The notes below the pieces were generated by a model. The model had not been told where the DNA came from and did not search any database. It was given only the letters and a program-made list of their open reading frames with translations. Positions 38,501 to 53,351 of a DNA stretch of 64,000 bases are shown in pieces. This DNA comes from Adineta vaga (taxonomy: Eukaryota; Animalia; Rotifera): the NCBI GenBank assembly GCA_021613535.1, contig CP075496.1, positions 7,998,001 to 8,062,000 of the forward strand, in the 5' to 3' direction. The translations under genes were made by a program, and so were the position numbers. The first letter of the stretch is position 1. Every line of letters begins with the position of its first letter.

Positions 38501-40496
38501 TACATTCAATAGAAATACTTCGAAATACATTTCGACAAAATCATTTGTAAATATTTAGATAAAAATAACGAATAAATACATGATCAAATCTTGTTTACTA
38601 CTAGAGATGCGGATGGAAAGATCACACATATACCAGATCCAAAGAAAACAATTGAATATTTAACACAAACAAGAATTTGGGAAGAATTATGTACACATGA
38701 AGTGGAAAGATTTGGTGGTGATACAATTCTTGTTAATGAGGAACGAATGAAAAAAGCGGATAGAAATTTAAAAAGATGGATTGATATGACTGAACGTTTG
38801 CTCAATCGTCATCCATCATCAAATACAGGCGATAATATTGAACAAGAAACATTGAAAGATCTTTTTGATGTAATATAGATCTCCCAGTGTATGTTTAGAA
38901 ATATATATGCGATCTTTTTCTCTTCATAGTGTATTTACCTTCTTCATTCTCAATATCGAATACGAATGACAGGTGAAAATGGTTTGGCACAAGCGATTAT
39001 CTTCTTTACGAATGTACTTGAAACATGGAATAGTAAATTGAATACATACGCATATGGTGGAGGTAAATTGAACGAAGCAGCATGGCATGCTTTCTATGCA
39101 CAAATGGAAGAATGGTTCGATGCAATAAATAAATCAATGACTTATATTGGAAAATCAATTCGATTTGGTGAAATTGCCGATTCTGGAAAGAAAAAAGGGG
39201 AAACAAAACGTATGTAAGTATTTATGCATATAGAATCATGGATATATTATTAAGAAAAAAACAATTATTACGAAACAAATGTTACTTCTATGTTTAAATT
39301 GATAATGTATTGTTCTTCTTTTACAGTGTGGATCCCGTATCAGTATTGCAACAAGCAAACAAAGGTCTAGTTTCACTTCGTCATTATATTGAAAGTCACA
39401 ATAGTCGAATATCGGATCGAGTATGTCATTCATGAAAACTTTATTTATTCGATCGATGCTTTTTCTTGTCATAGACTCTTCAACTTGATTCTAAAATGGT
39501 TCATTGGCTTATTCAAATTCTGATCGGTCTGGCTCCTAATCCACCAACATTATCTGCTGAAGCACTTGAACATTTCGAAGCAAATCGAATACCAACTGTA
39601 AACTTAATTAAAACACAAAAAGTCTTATGCGAAGAAATAACATTCATGACTGGTTATATTATCAAGTAAAATATAATCTTGAGATTGCTTTTCTTTTTTT
39701 TTCTATAGAATTGTATTATTTTAGATGTTGTACAGCTTTAACTGCTGAAGAAGCTATTAACAAAAGATTAGAAGAAAGAAATGGTCCTGAAATTGAAGTA
39801 CTTGATCTGAAACGTATGAGGTACATCTGGTCTCTTTCTTTCTTTCTTTTTTTATCAATTTACATTTTATTATTGTCTTGCTAGGATGAATGTAATGATT
39901 GGGTTTATGCTTCGAAAGTTATCTTAGCTGAACTAACTGGTGATGAAAGTTTAGTTGACATTCCACCACCAACACGTGAAGTTCCCAAAACTTTAACGAA
40001 AGATGAACTAACATCATCGGAAGTTCCTTCAGAGAAATCAAAAGTAAAGTCGATTGAATAAAAAAACTAGTTTTTACTAACAATTTTTTCGCTTATTCAT
40101 AGATTGAAGAGGAAGTGGAAAAAGAAATGCAAGGTGTGAAAACGAGCGAAAGTGATACAGTCTCTTATGAAGCAATTAATCGTGGTGGTTTAACTGAACG
40201 ACGACATTTGGGACGAATTTCTGATAATAATGAAACAACATCAAATGGTTCCAAATCAGCACAAGTTGGTTTCGATGCATTACGTACTATTGCACAACTA
40301 CAACAACAATTAGCGTAAGTTATTAAGAAAATCTTCTCTTTCTCTTAAAATTATTCACATTAATCATTTTAATAGTGAAACAGAAGCACGAGCAGCTAGT
40401 TTACAAGAACAAACCATCACATTTGATGTTGCTCTACGAGAAGCAAATCAACGTATTCAACAGTTAGAATCCAATCAACGCGCTCAACACGAATGA
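35561..40496 (+). CDS. AXDND1: Axonemal dynein light chain domain-containing protein 1, many exons
   Basis: PQEFRLVKNIGVAPLE, LHNLLELIKEEQNIYNIVFHEIIRQ|VSVECKERGELLGKLRERYSSLL, LYEELIAQRALDRRL, KNASLLTEYHELYDLQRKRLE. Confidence 0.85.
37043..37543 (-). CDS. NK2-class homeobox gene nested antisense in an AXDND1 intron
   Basis: Exon 1 (37543-37471; MSTTSSSHLIVKPKAIRCNPLPMQ, GTAAG donor) and exon 2 (37368-37043) join in phase 1. Homeodomain RKRTRILFTSWQVAELERLFAEQKYVSAQER...LSPTQIKIWFQNRRYKSKK carries the NK-specific Tyr54. Confidence 0.9.
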
Positions 40497-40977
40497 ACTG
40501 ACCATTCTCACGAATTTTCATATTTGTCACATAACAAAAAAAACACTAATTAAATCAGACCTTATATATGCCTTTAATATATCATTTTATTTTTTTGTGT
40601 TTCTTCAAAATAAAACAAAAATAGTATTCCTATCATAATTCTTGCTATATCGAGGTATCGAACTTTTAATAATTATTGTTCTATAATATAATTTTATTTA
40701 TCAAATTGTGTGGCCAAAAAAATAGAATATATAACGTGAAAGAGAAACGCAAAAGAAGAAAATATATAATAGAGAGAAAAGAAAACTGGACACACAAATA
40801 ATCGCAATCTATCTACATTAGAAAAATAATCATGATCATATCGAGTAAATGAATAATCTACAACTGTTTGTTTAGCTATTTCAGACTAGAATAGAAATAT
40901 ATATATATATATATGTATGTATATATGTTATATCCAATTGATACGGAAAAATAAATGTTGTTCTTTTTTAATTATAT

Positions 40978-43900
40978 CTAACGCGCTCGTACAGGTAAAC
41001 CATATATAACCGGTGCAGCACCATTTAAACATTTTAATTTACATAGCTCACGACCAAATCGTAATGCTTCACCGAGTGATGCACCTGCTTTAAGTTGTTC
41101 TAATAAAAAGAATGTTAAACTATCGATATCTCGATCAGTCACATCCCATAAACATCCAAGAATTGTTGCTCTAAATAATCGAAATGAAACATTTATTCAA
41201 AGACACAATCAAATACATACGCTCCACATGTTAAATAAGCAAATGGCATACCAAAAACTTCGAAATCACCTAATGATTGTAAACGTGCACTTGAACAACC
41301 CATCAATAAAACACATAAACGAGAAGAATTTTTTTGTACATCATCAACCGGATAAAATTGACTACCAGAACCATGACCCATATATCTAAGATAAAACATA
41401 TCGTAGAATGATAATAGTTTGAGTTTCTACACTTACAAAAGTACATCTTTTGATTTGAATATATCTTTAAGTGCATCATTCGTAGGAAAACGTTCGATAA
41501 CACCATTCCATTTGTCAATTAGATCAGGTTTTTCACTTTGAAATTTTCGAAAACGTTCTTTTGTTCGCGGTAAATCATTTCCTGGATCAACTATATAATA
41601 ACCTTTATCGACATCAATATGATGATAAAATGTTTTTTCCATTGGAATTATTGTCATATCATTATTATTGACCTGTGTTGATTGTTCAGATTCTGATGTT
41701 GATGGTGAATTATAATAATATTTATGCATACCGTCAAGTAAGAGAATTGATGGCAAACGATAGATAACTATTCGACGAAAGAGTGATGTCATACAATGAA
41801 GTTGTTCCCATGGAAATATATGTAATTGATTATCAAGAAAGAGAAGAAGATTTTGAGGTGGACGAGAATTTGATGGTGAAGTATTGCTATAAGTACGTTG
41901 TTTATATTCAAATAATCGTTCGATGAGACGACTAGATAATAGACGAGTATAAACTGTTGGTGGAAGATTTATTGAAAGTTCTTGACGAATTTCATCCAGT
42001 GAAGATAAATAAAAGATGGTTTGATGAAGAAAAAATTCAATAAAACGACGTTGTTGTGGTGAATCTTACAAAAAAGGAAATATTTCAACTATTTCTCTTT
42101 AAATTCATTCAAGAACATCATACTTATTAATGGTGTTAGTAGATCATCAATCATGGCTTTTTTCCCATCAAATATTGTAGTTTCAGGTAACCACCACCAT
42201 CTCATTGGTGAAGTTAAATAAACTTGATTTAAATCTTCAAGTAATCGTTCAAATAGTTGTTCAAAATATCTTCTTATTGCCCAATAACGTTTATGATCCG
42301 TTATTCCATGTAATGTATGTGTATTAGATTCGATTAGAAAATGGAATTTTTTCACTAATAATCTTGGAAACATAACACGTCGTAAGACAGGTGCATAATA
42401 ATTTCCTCGAATTTGTACGGCAAGTATTTGATCATGAACAAGTGTAAAAGTATGAAGACATACACAAACTTGTTTAGCAGGTAATAGTTCATTGATTAAA
42501 ATATCTTTCAAATAGGATATTGTTAATGGCCGAAAATGTAAAGCATCAATATAATGAGATAAATGTTCTGGAAAAACATTATTGACTGATGGTAACGATG
42601 TACTACTTCGATCAGTATTATGACTAGAGAAAACGAATAGTTTTATACATAATCCGATGTCATAAATATTCTTTTACCGTTTTTTTCGTTGATATATACA
42701 AAGTGCATTGTATCGAAAACCAATTGCTTGCATTTCAACAATTAATGTCACTACAAGCCAAGGATCTTGATCACCTGTTAATAAAATGATATATTCCGCC
42801 AAATAACGAATTAATTTCGCATTAGGAGCATAAGCTAAACGATCATGTAATTGTATACATTGTTGTAAAAGTTTTTCATTGTTTTTTGTTGATGAATTTA
42901 ATTCTTCTTCATCTTCATCATCAAATTTAAGTTTTCGTTCGATATGTAATGTATCTAATTGATCAATCAATAATTCGACTGGTTCATGATTATTTTCATC
43001 TAGAGGTGCAGATTTTAATCTCGGTGATTGACATGTTGTTGATGGTATTCGATGTACACTTTCATTCGTATCATCATAATGAATTTGTTGAATACGTTCA
43101 TCAGCTTTAATTGCTGCTGCACGTCGTGGTCGAGATGATGTATTACTACTTGCAACTGTTAATGGTGGAAGTTTTTTTCCCGTACGATTAGGTGTACAAA
43201 TAGGAGTTGCTAATGATGTATCAATTGGCATTTTATTACGAAAAGTACTCATTAGATTTGATGTTGTTGATGATGAAGATAAGGAGTTTTTATTCGGTGT
43301 CTAGAAAATAAGATGAAACAGATATTTCAATCATACTTTGTACATTTTCTTACTGATAACATTTTTTGATTTTCAGATTGAAATGGTGTTTTTCCTCGAG
43401 GTGTATCTATGAGTTTCTTTGTTTTAGTTCTAGGTAATATTGGTTCTGTTGTTAATGCCAGTATCTCTTCTGTTGACATGGAATTCAAATCAAATGGATG
43501 TCCAGTATTGACTTGAGGTGGTGATAGAGTATTATTCCATTTACTATCTGTTTGTTGAGGATGATATTGATGTTGTTCATCATTCATTGTTGTCCATTCT
43601 GGTAGGCAAGTTAAATTGGATTCATCAGGAACGATAACTGGATGAAGCCATAGAGATGTTTTCTCAAGAATTTCAGGTGGTTGATCTTCAATAAGAGTAA
43701 GAAATGTAAGCCATGATTCTGTCCAAAAAGTAAATTCTGTATATTTATCAGAATTTGATGGAATTCTATGTTAAATAAAGATTCATTTTAGAAATCGAAA
43801 TAAGTCTATACTTTATTTTCTTACTTCCAAATTAATCGTTTTTTATTCTCATTTGATCTACTATTCTTTCGTAGTTGCTGAAAACATGTTAATCGATAAA

Positions 43901-46716
43901 GAATATGTATTCGATGATAAAGCAATCGATGCCAATCTAATACAAGATTATGTTTTTCATATTCGGGATAAAGTTTTGTTTCACAGATAGTTCGTATTTG
44001 TTCATATGCATGAGTATGATAATCATATTCAAGTTTAACATAATCTGTCCATGAATTGATGAAATCAATGAATAAATCTTGTTGGCGATTCGTACAAACA
44101 TCTAAGGTAGACAGATGATGATTTAATTGATCTAATTTACGTCGTGCACAATCTGGTTGATGAGATAAGATGAAAAATTGAGCATTGAGTGCCAGAAAAA
44201 ATGTAAACCTATGATTAAAAGAAGATAAATAGATGTAAAAGAGATATGAAAAGAAATCAAGCAGGAATAAGGCAAACAGTAAAGAATTGAATGTCATAGA
44301 TGATTTCATTTGCGAATAGAGAAGTAAGTATGATAAGCAGAGATCGAATAGATAGGACGATATTGAACATGCACTTACTTACTTTCTTTCTTTGATTTAG
44401 AAAATGCTGAAAACGAAAATCAAATGTATGTTCACTAATATTCAATGAGAATCAATTTATTATCTCGAGATATTTACTTTTGGTTCTACGGTAAGATGTA
44501 TGAAAAATCGATCTATTCTCTTACCATCGTTTCGCATGTAAATAAACGGAAATTTCTAAGCCTACAAGTAAATAATTCTTTGCATTTCGATAAAGACCAA
44601 TCTCAAAATTGAGTAAAATTAAATGTGCAACTTGAGACAGATAAGCTTGAAGTGAATGTAATACTAATGGTGTTAATTGTAATTCTAAAATAGACAATCA
44701 ATGAAATAAAAGACAAATCATTTTTTTAGAATATTTACGTGATAATTCTGGTAATCGATTAACATCGACAATATCTAAAGATGTTCGTAAATCTTGTGCA
44801 CAATAAGATCGACTTTCTTCGATTAGAGCAAGAAAATCGTTTCGATTAAAATCTTTCAATTGTTCATCTAAGACAAGTTTCTTTTAAATTTAAGATTCTT
44901 CCAAAACGTTTTCTTTCATACCATCATTTAAAACAAGTTTCGATTGAAGATTATACAAATGTGAACGTACGAAAAAACTATCTGCATATAAACAGGACAC
45001 AATCGGACGTTTTTCTAAGACCTCAAGTGTTTGTTTACATGATCGAAACTAAAATAAAACATAAAATAGATTCATGAAATCTTCGAATTTTCGAGAAATA
45101 TCTAAATATACGTTTTTTAAATGTAAGAAATTTTCGGCTATAGTTATCAGATTTAATGCTTCATCAACATCAAATGATGAAATTTGTGTAGTTGCTTTTG
45201 GATAATCACGAGAAGAGAGATTTGGTAATGGTTTATATCTTTCTTCAAGATCAATTGAACATTTATTTGCTAATCGATTACATGCGGTAAGAATAGTCAA
45301 TCGACTTGGATGGTACGATGGAAGAAGATCAAGTAAATATCGATAGATTTCCATTGCTTCAGTATACTATAGAGAAGAAAATGATTTTCTAAATCATGAA
45401 AAGAAAAGAATTACATATTGAAATAGATCAAATAGAGCAGCGATGGTATGAAGATTTGAATAGAACATATCGATTTCATTTGGATAGATAATTGAGACAC
45501 GTTTAAGAATGTCAATTGTATATGCAGATGAAGTTTTTGATTTAATCATATCCCAACTTTTAAATAATGTAGACACGATAGATTTTTCAGAAAATTTTCC
45601 TAACACTAAGAGAAATTTGTTTTCATATCAAATTCAACATTTGTCTTTAATTATTTACTTTTATGTGCTTCCATTGTCATTGATTCTGCATGAAATGTTT
45701 CAAGTTGATTAATAGAATTATTTTCAGCAGCTTGTCGTTTTTGTTCTTCGTAATCTTGTTTGATTTTCTTCGACATCTACACAACAACAACAACAAAAAA
45801 AAAAGAATGAACATTTTCATATTCATTCATATCTTTTATACATACATCACTCGTTAATTTCGAATAACAAACTTGAAATTTAATTAAATAATATTCAGTA
45901 TAAAGCCATAGACGTTGTACGATTCCATGACTATCATCTGATGAAGGTGAACATTTACGTAAATGATTGGCTAAATTATTTGATTCCTCACTTAATAGAT
46001 AATGTTTTCAAAAATTATTCCATACAAATGAAATATTCTTACATATCTAAAGGATTTCCACTTGCTAGATCAAGTTTAATTCGTTCAAGTAAGATTCTTG
46101 AACATAGAAAATGATCGGAACCATCAGCATAAAATTGTTCGTACAATGAACGAACTATTGTTCGACGTTCATCGATCATTTGTGTAGATTTTATACTTCA
46201 AAAAGATTTTACATAAGATAAAATGAAAAATATTGTTGTGCTTTACTTTGCATTTCGATATTCATAAAGTTCACAGAGAAGAAAATCTTTCGCTTTTGGA
46301 ATTGTTCGATTGAATGTCGAAGGTATTGCAACATCAAGAAATGAACGTAGTTTAAGCTTTGTTTCGAAAAATTCTTTATTTTTCTTTTCAACATCACGTT
46401 TAAATTTCAACCATTGAATTATTAACGGACGAAAATCATTGATAGTTGGATAAATTTCAATTAATTGTTTAACAATTTGAATCAAAAATTGTAAGCATTC
46501 CGAAAATAAACCATTCAAACGGTAACTTTGAAGAAATTGTTCAATTATTGCATTTAATTGATTCTAATACAAATGAAATCAAAATCACTTTCTTTTTTAT
46601 CGAAACTAAGTTGAAGTTTACAAACTTACGATTGAATTTGCATCATTAGGATTTGTTTGAATACGAGCCATAAGCTGTTTAATAGCTGTTTTATAAGCTG
46701 ATGATGAAGAACTCAT
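40978..46716 (-). CDS. ESPL1: Separase (peptidase C50), many exons; N-terminal region divergent
   Basis: LQYFPWEQL, IYRLPS, YIVDPGNDLPRT, catalytic YMGHGSG and LLMGCSSARL, GCLWDVTDRDID, GAAPVIYGLP. The start at 46716 is inferred from the exon chain. Confidence 0.88.
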
Positions 46717-47664
46717 GCTTGGTAGTTTGTCAAGCAATGAGAAAATGAAAGATTTCTGTCTATTGATCGAACAACATTATATCGTCGTCGACTGAGTCGA
46801 CTGATGTTTTGATGAATCATTGATTGTTTTTCAAAAACATGTTGCTACGTGAAATCTTATTGAAAAAATTCTTTCAAGAGATATTTTATTGAAAAATCTT
46901 TCAAACAATTTCATATAAAACGATCTTAATCAGATAGATGACGCTATTTTGAACATTTCTTTGTTTTAATTCAACATTTTATTGGTCAGTTAATTGGAGG
47001 GAATTTTACATTCTCTTCATTTGAATTTGAATAAACTCATTAGCATAACAACGATCGGACAATCTTATAATTTATGTATGTCCATGATACTTGTAATTGT
47101 AATCATTGAAAATCTTAAGAAAATCTTAAATAATATAGAACAAGTTCATAGGTTCATTAGTGATCACAAAATTATCGAAAATTAATAAAGTCGATCTCGC
47201 TACTACTAATACTAAAACATTATTTCTACATGACAAATAGTTCTGGATGCATCGTTATATTAATTTTGGCTCATATTTTCAGTACTAGACAATTATACGA
47301 TGCATAATATGTAGTTGACTTGTCAGATAAGTACAATGGTATCCTGCACTAGATGCACCATAACATTGTACTTTTATCATAGCAGGAAAGAAAAAATATA
47401 TGTCTGAAAAAGAATCAATATATAGGAATATTTGCTTCGTTTAGACGGATCTAGTACATTTTTTTGTATATTGCTTCAATATAAACAACCATGAAAGAAA
47501 GAAAAAAAGAAAGAAAAAGAAACAGAACGATGTTGAAGGTATTTCCTATTATGATGATTTAAAACACGTGAGTGCTCATTCTATATTTTCTTCATTGAGA
47601 TTCGGTATAAATATTCCATCTTTTCGTAACTTAAAATACCATTCACATTTTCTATTATTTATAA

Positions 47665-49633
47665 ATGCAATCATCGAAAGAAACTCATACAAAACCATCG
47701 AGTTCGTGTTTGAATAAATTTATATGAATAAATTGTTTTTGAATATGTTCTTAATTTAGCACCATTATGGTGTTCTATACGTTTAACTATTACGTTTCTT
47801 GCATTTCTTGGAACCATCGTTCATTTTTCTCAAAAGAGTAATATTAGTATTGCTCTTGTTTGTATGCTTAATCATTCTGCTATTGAATCTCGTTATATAA
47901 ATACGAATACTTCGTCGAGAAATGTTGTCATCAATGATGAATGTCTACAAACAAATAGCAAAGATCATATTGTATATGAAACTAAAGAAATTGTTTATTT
48001 AGAAATAAGTTATGCCTTTGTTTTCAGGATGGTCCTTTCGTCTGGTCGAAAAATACTCAAGGACTTATTTTAGGTTCTTATTTTTGGGGTTATATTATAA
48101 CACAAATACCAGCTGGATATTTAGCCGATCGATTTGGTGCTAAATTCATATTCAGTGGAGCAGTCTTTGTGTCCAGTTTAGCCACATTGTGTATACCGAT
48201 CAGTGTCAATATGGATTGGAAAAGTCTTGCTATTCTTCAAATCATTATTGGACTTGCTCATGGAACGATTTGGCCTTGCTTGAGTGTAATTGTAGCACAT
48301 TGGGTACCGGCTGGTGAACGTGGAAAATTGATGGGTTTTATCAGTACAGGTAATGTCTACGTTGATGTTTATTTATGGAATACAGTTTCGTGAATTTAGG
48401 TGCTCAAGTTGGGAATATGCTTATTCTATCATTTGGTGGTTTGATGTGCTCATGGAAATTTGCTGGTGGTTGGCCTTTAATATTTTACACTACAGGTAAG
48501 AAAATTTTATATTGAAAAGCGTTCCTCTATACTACAATAATGAGACAATATTATTGAAATTTCAATTGTATAGGTAGTATTGGTCTCATATGGAATTTCA
48601 TGTGGATCTGGTATTATACAGATTCACCGGCAACTCATCGTTATATCGATATACGAGAGAAAGATTTTCTTCTTCAACATACAGCACAACAATTGTCTAA
48701 TAATAATAGAAATGTTCATACACCTTGGCGATCTATTTTTACTTCACGTGCATGTTGGGCATTATTTATCGTACATACATGTGCTAATTACGGTACTTAT
48801 ACATTTCTAACATCAACACCAAAATATATGAGTGAAGTTTTGAAATTTGATGTCAAATCCGTAAGTAAAACTACGTTTTTAATGCATTCAATCGATTTTG
48901 TAAATCTAGAATGGAATACTATCAGCATTACCTTACGTAGGTATCTTGTTAAGTACACTATTCGCAAGTATTATTGCTGATAGAATCATACGAAAGAAAA
49001 TATTAACAATAACACAAACGAGAAAATTATTCACATCTCTTGGTACTATTTTCCCAGCCATAATTCTAATTGGTTTAGCTTTTCTAACATGTCATTTGAA
49101 ATATTTTGCTGTTCTTCTTTTGGTTGCTGGTGTGACATTTAAGTATGATTTTGTTTTTTTTATTCTTTCATATTGATAAAAATTCTTTTAGTGGTTTCTT
49201 TATTGGTGGAGGATTTTTATTAGTAGCAAATGATATTGCACCAACTTATGCTGGAATAGTCTTTGGAATATCAAATACATTTGCTACAATACCTGGTATT
49301 GTCAGTCCATACGTTGTTGGTATCCTTACAGAAAAAGTTTGTCTATTTCAATTCGGAAAACAATTATTTTATCTGCATATTTAGGATCCAACAAATTGGC
49401 GAACTGTATTTTTTATCTGTTCAATTATTTATATATTTGGGGTGGTTATATTTATACTATTTGGTTCCAGTGAATTGCAACCATGGGCCATCAAACATAT
49501 AAATAATGATGAAGTTAATCATGATTTGTTATTAAGTATGTTGACTAGTTATTCACATAAACTTATTCGAAGTTATATTTCTCTACTAGAACAAAATGAA
49601 CAGCCGTTATTGAAAATAACTATAGATACGTGA
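47665..49633 (+). CDS. SLC17 (sialin-like) organic anion/phosphate MFS transporter
   Basis: NISIALVCMLNH, LGSYFWGYIITQIPAGYLADRFGAK, AHWVPAGERG, GWPLIFY, DIAPTYAGIVFGISNTFATIPG, GSSELQPWA. Confidence 0.9.
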
Positions 49634-50045
49634 ACAATATGAAATAATAATCCAGCAATGATACATATCTATATAGGATAATTGAATTTAGATAAATAGA
49701 TTCATTTAAAAAAGAAACTTAAATTCGATAAATATGGTTTTATTACACGAACTTTATTTGTTCAGAATTAGATACTGATACAATACGTAAAAGAAAAGGC
49801 TGAGCTTACAGATCGTTTTCTGTTTTACTGAAGTGAATTTTAACATAAATAACTAGTCGAATCTAATAAGCTCAAAGATATATATATATAGATATATACA
49901 TTTAATGTTTAGTGTCATTTAATCTCTAACAATTTTATTCGATTTTTTTCTAATAGATGCTATGCGAGATTAAATAGTAAAAAAAAGCAGATTTTTTAAC
50001 ATAAAAAATAAACAAAAATGCACGATTATTAATGAAAGAAAATGA

Positions 50046-53000
50046 TTAGTTCAAATTGTTGTCTGTTTGATCAATTTTTATAACAAATTCAATCATTGAA
50101 TCTGTTTCATTAATTGGTTGAATTTCACCATTGATCATAGAACATTTTTCATCTGCACATATCATTAATTCGTATTTTAATTGAGCGACTTGTTTATCAC
50201 GAGATATATAATCGAGAAGAATTTGATCTGATCCTGAACGTATTAATTCTCCATCGCATATTTTAAAACCATCTACGACAGAAACATATCTTATTATAAA
50301 CAATAATTTACTGCATTTACGTACCTTCATCTTCAATACTCCATGTTCCCGCGTTACTTTCACGTAATTGAAATGTATCAGGAAGATCAATAGTTAGATA
50401 AGCTTGTTTCGAGCCAAATGATCGTTCTTCATTTAAAGTTTCGCTCATATCGAATCGACACTGAAAAACAAATTCTTTTCCATAAATAAAATCATACGAA
50501 ATCAAAATACTTACTCGAACGATCGTTCCATGATTAAGATCAATTCGTTTTATATGAGAATTATTCTTATCGGCAACAAACATAAAATGATCGAATATAG
50601 CTAAACCATATGGTTCATTAAATTTTGCCGAATTACTTTCTCCACGTTGTTTCTTCGTATCCGTATCCGTAACAAAATAACTCGAACAAACAAGAGTTTT
50701 CATATCGACACGTTTTAATTTATTATTAAACGTATCACTAATATATAGTTGTAATGTTGGATAATGAAAAGCAACACCTAATGGATATTGTAATTTAGCA
50801 TGATAACCACTGCCATCAAGATCACCAAATACGGACAGATTCTGTTTGAAAGAGAAAAGTAAATTTTACAGGGAAATATAAATTCGAATTGTTATCATAC
50901 TGTGGGATCAGTATCACCACCAATTAAATTCGCAACATTTCCATCTTTAAGTGTAACAACACGAATACTTGAACTATTACTATCAGCAATGAATAGAACA
51001 GGTTCATCATTCATCAGACCATTACAAATACCACGTGGTGTTGCTAAACAAGCCGACATTGGTTCGGATGCATTTCTATTCTCTTCAACACCACTACCAA
51101 TAATTGCCGAACATGAATTCTTTTGAAGAATACTAAATCGAATGATATCAAATGAAAACAAGACTATTCGCAACGATTTTACTTACACATCATTCCACCA
51201 TTGCGTTTCTTCAAAAGCATACGCCCATATTTGATGTTGACCAGCCATTGATATGAGCAAGACTGTTTTATGATCAACTAAAAGAAACCAGTGAAATCGA
51301 AGAATAATAGCGAGAACACTTACAGGGAGATTCAGTAATACATAAATCCCATGGTGCAGCAATGGGTTGTTGTGATCGTTTAAGGCCACCGACTTTGTCA
51401 GTTCCCAATCGACCTGTACCAATCAATGTTAAAACACGACGTGAATTTGGATCAAACTAAATCAAAAATTTCTTCTTCAGTATCATTATATATATATCTT
51501 GTTTTTTTTTGTCTTACCACACGTATTGCATGATTATTTGTATCAGCAATATAAATACAACTATTAAATTCTATTAAACCATGAGGTGAATCAAATTCTG
51601 ATTGTTGTATATCACCATCAGCCATGCCTGGGTGACCATTTCCAACAACTTCCTATTGTAAGAAAAAAAAAACACAAACGATTGAAAATGTTATGGTACA
51701 GATTAGACTTACAATAACTTTTCCATCAATTTCACATAAAATCAATTGATTAGAACCAGCAAATGAAATACATAATTGACCATTTGAAGTAACACATAAA
51801 TGACTAGGATGAGTAAATCTCGGTGATTTTGGAGCTAGAAAATACTATTCTTTGTATCTTTCTATATAAAAAAAATGTCCATTCTTACCATTTATTACTG
51901 GTGGACTCGTTGGAGATGTGCGAATAATTGATTTATAATGGGTAAGAATAGATGTAAGAAATGTTTCTAAATGTTGAACGTGATTTTCTCCTTCAAATAT
52001 AAATATTGGCAATGCATCCGGTCCAAAAACTAGTACTGTTGGCCATATTTGACATTCGACATGTTTCCATACTTGTAAACCATTGTCATTAACAACTGTA
52101 AATGGAAGCGATTGTTCTTCAATAGCATGTCGAACATTAGCTTTATTCTTTTCATGTTCATATTTTGGCGAATGAATACCAATAATAGTTACCTTTAAAG
52201 ACAAGAAAAAACAGATATTTACTTACAGAATATATCATTTGAATATAAAGCACAAATTATAATTAAAAGAAGTACTAAATTTGTTAATCAATGAATTGTA
52301 TGACAATTATTTTCAAGAAAGAGAACACAATCGAAAAAATTTAGGTATGATTGTCAGTAATAATAATTAGTAATAAGTAGCAGTTATTAATAAGCAAAGA
52401 AGAATGAAAGTTTAGACCACATATAAACATCAATCAATTCTTATTGATACAAACAGAAAAAAAAACGTCAAGAAAGGATTCAATATTTTCTAATCAAAAT
52501 CCTTTTGTATTTCAAGAGTTTTAGCTCAAGAGCTATTTTACATTTTCAATAATCCATATATCTCTTATTACCTATGCATTTTGTAGCATTCAAATCGTAC
52601 TGGAAAGATTTATCGTCTATATTATTTGTATATATATATAGAGAGAAAATATAGAAAATGTTCCTATTCTATAATAACTTACACCAGAATTTGAATATCG
52701 TCTATCAATTCCAATTAATTTTTGTAACATGTTTGAAGAATGAATATCCGAAAACGTCCAAAAGAAAAGAATGACAATTGTTTCCTGAAATAAATCTTTT
52801 AATTGAGCAGTAGAATTTGCTTGTACAATTTGTAAAGCTAAAAAATACAGAATGTTTTTCTAGTTTAAATCAAAATCTTGTCTTCTTACATAGAATTTTT
52901 TCATAGATATCTTTTGTATATTTTTTTAGAGTATCGACGTCTGTATGTTCTGTAATTTTAGTCATATAAACATCATTAAATTCTTCAAATTTTGTTGGAT

Positions 53001-53073
53001 CATTTGCAATACCAGAGAGTAGATCAAATGTTTGATCGCGAAATAAATCTGTATTAAAATTCGTTGAAGTCAT
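50046..53073 (-). CDS. NHLRC2: NHL repeat-containing protein 2 (thioredoxin-like domain plus NHL propeller)
   Basis: IIGIHSPKYEHEK, WPTVLVFGP, FEGENH, ISMAGQHQIW, GSGVEENRN, LFIADSNSSSIR, NLSVFGDLDG, KLQYPLGV, ISDTFNNKLK, FNEPYGL. Confidence 0.9.
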
Positions 53074-53351
53074 CTAAAAAATACAAATACAGAAAATTGA
53101 ACGTTTTTCTTTTCGTCGTTGTCATAGATTATTTCGTCAGACGAACGAAGCGTCTTTTTTTGTGTTGAGTCTATCCAACTATAAGTATATATATAAAGAG
53201 AAATATATAGAACAGTTAAAAAAAAGAAAACAATAGAACTTGTTTATATCTGATTAAACAAACAGTGCATAAGATGAACTAGAATGAATATTGAGAGAGA
53301 AAAAGAGAAAAAGAAAGTTTTCAGATACAATTTTTTTTGTTGTCGTTAAAA

